From an uncultured bacterium (lineage in GTDB: Bacteria > Planctomycetota > UBA1135 > GCA-002686595): a stretch of 64,000 nt of DNA. The position numbers were made by a program, and so were the translations under genes. The stretch covers positions 224,001 through 288,000 of the forward strand of contig CALSNU010000003.1 in the NCBI GenBank assembly GCA_943787795.1, written 5' to 3'. The first letter of the stretch is position 1. Each line of letters opens with the position of its first letter. Under the pieces are notes generated by a model. The model had not been told where the DNA came from and searched no databases. It worked only from the letters and a program-made list of their open reading frames with translations. Below are positions 57,710 to 64,000 of this stretch, in pieces.

Positions 57710-59466
57710 TGAATGAACGATCGCAGGCCTCCCGAGGTGAGCTCGGGCGCCTTCACCAGGAGCTGCAGCGAGACCTGCGGGCCATCGAGCCCCTGCGAGC
57801 CATCGCCGATCGAGCGGGGGAGCTCGCTGGCTTCGAGGAGGACCTCGCGGAGCAGCTGGAGCGAGCCAGCTCAGCCGCGGTGGTCTGTCTGGTCGGTTCA
57901 ACGGGGGCGGGCAAGTCGACCCTCTTGAACGCGCTGGTCGGGCGGGACATCGCCACGGAGGGTGTCGATCGACCCACGACATCGGCGCCGGTGATCTACC
58001 GGCCGGCTGACGCGGATATCTCGGAGCTCCTCACAGGGCTCCCGGGAGAGCCGCCGCGGGTGGTGACCTACGACCCCAGGGACGGGGGCGGCGTGGAGGC
58101 CTTCTGGCGGGGGCAGATCCTCGTCGACGCGCCGGACACCAACAGCGTCGAGACCGGTCACCGAGAGGTGGTGCGTGCCCTCGCGGCCCGCTCGGACGTG
58201 CTCGTCGTCGTGGCCCATCGTCAGTCGGTGGCCGAGCTGAGCTCCGCCGCCTTCGTGGATCTCTTCGCGGGTCGCCGCGGGATGATCTTCGTCCTCGGCC
58301 GGAGGGATGAGCTCGACGCAGCCGCGGACGCGGAGCTGCGGGCTCAGCTGAGGGGGCTGGCAGCGGACCGGTGGGGCGCGGAGGGGGCGCCCGTCCTCTC
58401 GGTGAGCGCACGCCGCGGCAAGGAGGGGGCAGACGCCGGTGGCCTCCCGGAGCTCCGGCGAGTCCTCGGCGACCTGATCTCGGAGGAGCGCCTCGGGAGC
58501 GTGCGGCGCCAGAATGCCGTGGGCAACGTGGCGCGCATCGGGGCGGAGATCTCGGAGGTGGGGCCGGAGGTCGAGGCGGCCGCCGAGCGCCTGCGGGAAG
58601 GCCTGGAGGCCGGCGCCGCGGCGTGGTGCGGTCGCACCGTGGCGCTGGTCAACGAGCGGCTCGATCAGCGCAAGGCGGACCTCTCGCGAATGCTCTGGAA
58701 CGACGCCGCCAAGGTCTGGGACGGCCCGGGCGGATATGCCCTGCGGGTCGGAGGGCTCGGGACCCTCGGCCTCGGGGCTGGCGCGGCGGTCGCGCGGCGC
58801 AACCCGCTGCTCGCCGCGGGGCTGGCGGCAGGGAGCATCGCCGCGTCACGGGTGCAGGGCGCGGTCCGCGATCGCGCCTTCGAGTCCACCTCGGGTCTCC
58901 TGCCTGGGGGCAGCGAGCTCGCGGAGCTGCAACGGGCAGCCTTCGTCGATGCGCGGGTCGCGGCAGCCGAGCTCGCGGTGGATGAGGCCGCGATCGGCCT
59001 CGCGCCCGCCGAGAGCGAACTCTCAGCCTGCGCGGCCGGCGCCGTGGATGAGGCATGGGATCGCTTGCTGCGCGTGGACCTGCCCCGTGAGGCTCGTCGT
59101 GGCGTCCCCAGGCCCCTTCGCGCCCTGGTGGATCTGCCCGTGTTCGGGCTGGGCGGGTGGGTGCTCTACCGGACGGTCGAGGGCTTCATCGCCGAGCAAT
59201 ACGTGGGAGTCGACTTCCTCGTCAGCGCCACGATCATCGCGCTCGCCTGGCTCTTCGGGGCACGGGTCCTGGTGCGCGCCCGCTTCGCGGGGCGTAGCGC
59301 GGCGCTCCTCTCGCAGGTCCGTGGTGACATCGAGCAGCGCGTCGGGGCCGCCGCCAGCCGGGCCATCGGGGAGCCGTCGGAGCGGCTCGAGATCCTCCTG
59401 GGCGGCCTTCGGCGAGTGGAGTTGGCGGACCGCGCTTGGCGGCGTCGCCTGCACGGCGGAGAATGA
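57706..59466 (+). CDS. Dynamin-like GTPase 2 with membrane segments
   Basis: GSTGAGKS, RPTT, DAPD, GRRD; long helical C-half with hydrophobic segments. Confidence 0.8.
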   Translation: MMNERSQASRGELGRLHQELQRDLRAIEPLRAIADRAGELAGFEEDLAEQLERASSAAVVCLVGSTGAGKSTLLNALVGRDIATEGVDRPTTSAPVIYRPADADISELLTGLPGEPPRVVTYDPRDGGGVEAFWRGQILVDAPDTNSVETGHREVVRALAARSDVLVVVAHRQSVAELSSAAFVDLFAGRRGMIFVLGRRDELDAAADAELRAQLRGLAADRWGAEGAPVLSVSARRGKEGADAGGLPELRRVLGDLISEERLGSVRRQNAVGNVARIGAEISEVGPEVEAAAERLREGLEAGAAAWCGRTVALVNERLDQRKADLSRMLWNDAAKVWDGPGGYALRVGGLGTLGLGAGAAVARRNPLLAAGLAAGSIAASRVQGAVRDRAFESTSGLLPGGSELAELQRAAFVDARVAAAELAVDEAAIGLAPAESELSACAAGAVDEAWDRLLRVDLPREARRGVPRPLRALVDLPVFGLGGWVLYRTVEGFIAEQYVGVDFLVSATIIALAWLFGARVLVRARFAGRSAALLSQVRGDIEQRVGAAASRAIGEPSERLEILLGGLRRVELADRAWRRRLHGGE

Positions 59467-59499
59467 GCAGCCGCTTCACTCCTGACCCCAACGACTTCG

Positions 59500-60537
59500 A
59501 TGCTGATCCTGCTGCCCCTCATCGCGCCCCTCGCCTTCTCCATCCCCGCCGCCCCCGGCCCGGTCCAGGACGACGCCCTCGCCAAGACCGCGGAGCCGGC
59601 CGCGGTCATCCTCGGCCCGGAGGGGCACCGCTATCGTTGGGTGTCTGATTGGCTGAAGCTGCCGGAGGGCATGGTCCTGGGGAACACGCACGGCTGCGTG
59701 GCCGTGGACTCCAAGGGGCGCGTGTACTTCAACACCGACGCCAAGCACGCCGTGGTGGTGGCGGACGCCAACGGTGACGTGGTCGACACCTGGGGCTCGG
59801 AGTGGGCGGGCGGCCTGCACGGGATGACCATCGTCAAGGAGAGCGAAGGGGAGTTCTGCTACCTCTCGCACACCGGTCGCCATGAGATCGCCAAGGTGAC
59901 CCTCGACGGGGAGCTGGTCTGGAAGAGCGGATACCCCGCAGCCTCGGGGGTCTACACGGGCGCCGGCCAATACCGTCCGACGGGCATCGCCGTGGCGCCG
60001 AACGGAGACATCTACGTGGGGGACGGCTACGGCCAGAGCTGGTGCCACTCATTCTCGTCGAGCGGCGAGTACCAGGGCTCCTTCGGTGGTCCGGGGACCG
60101 AGCCGGGCAAGATGCGTACCCCCCACGGGATGATCATCGAGCGCGCGGGTGACAAGACCTACGTCGTGGTCTGCGATCGAGAGAACCACCGGCTCCAGCG
60201 CTTTGACCTGGATGGCAACCTCGTGAGGGTTGAGACTCCGGGCTTGCGCAGGCCTTGCAACGGTGTGTTCACCGGCGACGTGCTCGCCGTGGCGGACCTC
60301 ATGGGGCGAGTGACCTTGCTGGGCCTCGACGAGAAGGGCGAGCGCTACGTGGTGGCGCACCTGGGTGACAACCCCGAGCCCTCGCGGCGCGGGGTGAACG
60401 GGGTGCCCCGGGATCAGTGGGTCGACGGTGAGTTCCTCTCGCCCCACGGGATCGGGGCGGACGCGGACGGGAACCTCTACGTGCTGGACTGGAACCGGAA
60501 TGGCCGGGTCAGCAAGCTCGAGCGGCTGAAGGACTGA
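59500..60537 (+). CDS. Secreted NHL-repeat beta-propeller protein
   Basis: Signal peptide; THGCVAVD, PTGIAVAPNGDIYVGDGYG, TPHG, DRENHRLQ, SPHGIGAD. Confidence 0.85.
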   Translation: MLILLPLIAPLAFSIPAAPGPVQDDALAKTAEPAAVILGPEGHRYRWVSDWLKLPEGMVLGNTHGCVAVDSKGRVYFNTDAKHAVVVADANGDVVDTWGSEWAGGLHGMTIVKESEGEFCYLSHTGRHEIAKVTLDGELVWKSGYPAASGVYTGAGQYRPTGIAVAPNGDIYVGDGYGQSWCHSFSSSGEYQGSFGGPGTEPGKMRTPHGMIIERAGDKTYVVVCDRENHRLQRFDLDGNLVRVETPGLRRPCNGVFTGDVLAVADLMGRVTLLGLDEKGERYVVAHLGDNPEPSRRGVNGVPRDQWVDGEFLSPHGIGADADGNLYVLDWNRNGRVSKLERLKD

Positions 60538-60782
60538 GCTGGGCCGAGGCTGGCGCCACGGAGACCTGCGGGCTCTGACCACCGGAGCCTCCAGGGCTCG
60601 GCGGGGACCCCGCGGGTCCTGGACGCCAGGAGAGCGCTCCCGCGCCGGGGAGGGGGGCGGAGGTGCCACTTCAGCAGAGGGCTCGATGGGGCACGTGCCG
60701 CTTTGGCAGACCCCGGGGCGGATCGGTGCTCAGGGGGGCGGCAGGGCGGTTTCCAGGCTCCCAACGTCTCCTGGTGACCCGT

Positions 60783-60797
60783 TGGCACGCGAGTTGT
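60783..60797 (+). promoter_or_regulatory. Possible sigma-54 (-24/-12) promoter of dnaK
   Basis: TGGCACG-CGAG-TTGT versus consensus TGGCACG-N4-TTGC; mismatch at the conserved -12 C. Confidence 0.4.
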
Positions 60798-60875
60798 TCC
60801 TCGGAGGGCTCGGAGTAAGGAGACCCCATCGGGGCTGGCCGATCCGCGCGTCAGACCCCACGGAAGAACAAGAGC

Positions 60876-62789
<1,914 letters not shown>

Positions 62790-62835
62790 GGCCGCGGGTC
62801 GGCTCGACGCAGGTCGGGTGAAGGCCCGCCACGAA

Positions 62836-62874
62836 CGAGCCCCGGCTCCGGCGAACTGCCGGAGCCGGGGCTCG
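62836..62874. terminator. 17-bp perfect stem-loop after dnaK
   Basis: CGAGCCCCGGCTCCGGC-GAACT-GCCGGAGCCGGGGCTCG, between convergent genes, no U-tract. Confidence 0.7.
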
Positions 62875-62944
62875 CTCAGGTTCCCCACGCCCCACGGTCC
62901 CCACCCCTGGGGGGCAGGCCTCCGGGAGGCCCGCGGTGCCGGAG

Positions 62945-63316
62945 TCAGGCGCGGTCTGCATCCGGCTCGTCCTGCTCCACCGCCGGCGCGCAGGGTCCGG
63001 GCGGCCTCCGGGCGGCCTTGGGGAGGACGTGTCCGAGGACGCAGGCAACGGAGGAGGGAATCGAGCCCAGGGGAAGCATCCCGGCGGGCTCCGCGTCGGC
63101 AAGGGCCTCATCCAGGAGGGGGGAGGGCATGCGCTGCCATGCGCAGTGAGCCAGGTCGGGAGCGACTGTCGTACCGATCCACAGCGTGCAGATGGGGAGC
63201 GCCAGGAAGCCAAGGGTCCCGAGCGCGCCCCGGCGCGCCGACAGGTACAAGGCGCCGAGGGTCAGCGCGCAGGTGAGTGCGAAGAGGGGATAGCAGGTGG
63301 TGTCTTGGGGCGCCAT
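62945..63316 (-). CDS. Small hypothetical membrane protein
   Basis: ATG at 63316; three hydrophobic segments. Confidence 0.45.
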   Translation of the reverse strand: MAPQDTTCYPLFALTCALTLGALYLSARRGALGTLGFLALPICTLWIGTTVAPDLAHCAWQRMPSPLLDEALADAEPAGMLPLGSIPSSVACVLGHVLPKAARRPPGPCAPAVEQDEPDADRA

Positions 63317-63711
63317 CCGTTCCCGGGTGGGGCTGATCCCGGCGCTGCCCCAATCGCCTCGAGCTTCCCAACGGAGAGCTTGGGTCCGCTGGACGTCGGG
63401 GCGACGCTGCTCGCCGGTGAAGCCGCGCTCCACGCCGTGTGGGTTCCGCTCGGGTCAGTGGGGCACTTCGGTCCGAGGGCCGGGATCCCCGGAGGATCGG
63501 CAGCGGCTGGCGCCCGCGCTCGCTCCTCAATCGCCAGGGTCGGGGGCCAGCTTCCTAGCGCCTCCCGCTTCCAGGGATCCGTCCGTTCAGGCCCTATTGA
63601 AGGGGTCTGGCGGACGGGAGCGGGCCGCGGGGATCCCGAGAGGCCTGGCGGCGCTGGACGGTCCGCGTCGCACCTCTTGGCCCAGGATCTTGGATCCCGG
63701 GCTCCACCGGG

Positions 63712-64000
63712 TCAGGGCGTAGGCCCGGAGCGGCTCAGCATCGGCGGGGCGATGCCGGCCGGCTCGAGCCCATGCTCCCCTTGCTCGGAGGCTCCGCCCG
63801 AGGTCGGTTCAGGCCGCTGGTGTCCTTCCACACTCTTCGCGGCGGGGGTGATGACCAGCAGCGGCGTCTGCGAGAGACCCACCGGACGGGCGGCCTCTTT
63901 GCTCCCGAAGTCGGGCGCTGTCACGTCGCTTCCCACGGACTCAGGACCCTGCCCGAGCGGGAGGGTGAGTGTCACGGTGGGGCACCACATGATGACTGCG
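63712..64000 (-). CDS. 3' end of a hypothetical gene entering from beyond the window
   Basis: Frame stays open upstream of the ATG at 63990 to the window edge; no recognisable motif. Confidence 0.35.
   Translation of the reverse strand, partial: AVIMWCPTVTLTLPLGQGPESVGSDVTAPDFGSKEAARPVGLSQTPLLVITPAAKSVEGHQRPEPTSGGASEQGEHGLEPAGIAPPMLSRSGPTP

Noticed and set aside
59464..59502. In-frame TGA between GTPase 2 and the NHL protein
   Set aside because: NHL protein starts with its own signal peptide; fusion implausible

Overview
High-GC, gene-dense bacterial chromosome segment. The protein repertoire suggests Planctomycetota (inference). I saw no rRNA, tRNA, CRISPR array, transposase or integrase. 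Left part: ABC ATPase (partial), a Tat-exported PaoABC/XDH-type molybdoenzyme operon with two Cys-rich accessory genes, lon, several secreted proteins, RNase R-like nuclease, moaA, an AAA+/VWA pair, a lipoprotein-signal katG and an FMN alpha-hydroxy-acid dehydrogenase. Middle: glgA embedded among four ATP-grasp ligases, an S51-type peptidase and two esterases, then glgC, a degenerate debranching-enzyme homolog, GT4 and GH57. Right part: an FG-GAP/ASPIC-UnbV/TPR gene split by an in-frame UGA, sixA, a dynamin-like GTPase pair (one frameshifted), an NHL protein and dnaK. Top leads: (1) the UGA at 53088-53090 is followed 11 nt later by a 17-nt SECIS-like hairpin, suggesting a 1234-aa secreted selenoprotein; (2) the ATP-grasp/esterase/peptidase cassette linked to glycogen genes may be an uncharacterised ligation-hydrolysis system; (3) an approximately 140-aa C-terminal domain shared by unrelated secreted proteins looks like a sorting or anchoring signal. 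All family calls come from motifs recognised by eye; no database search was run.
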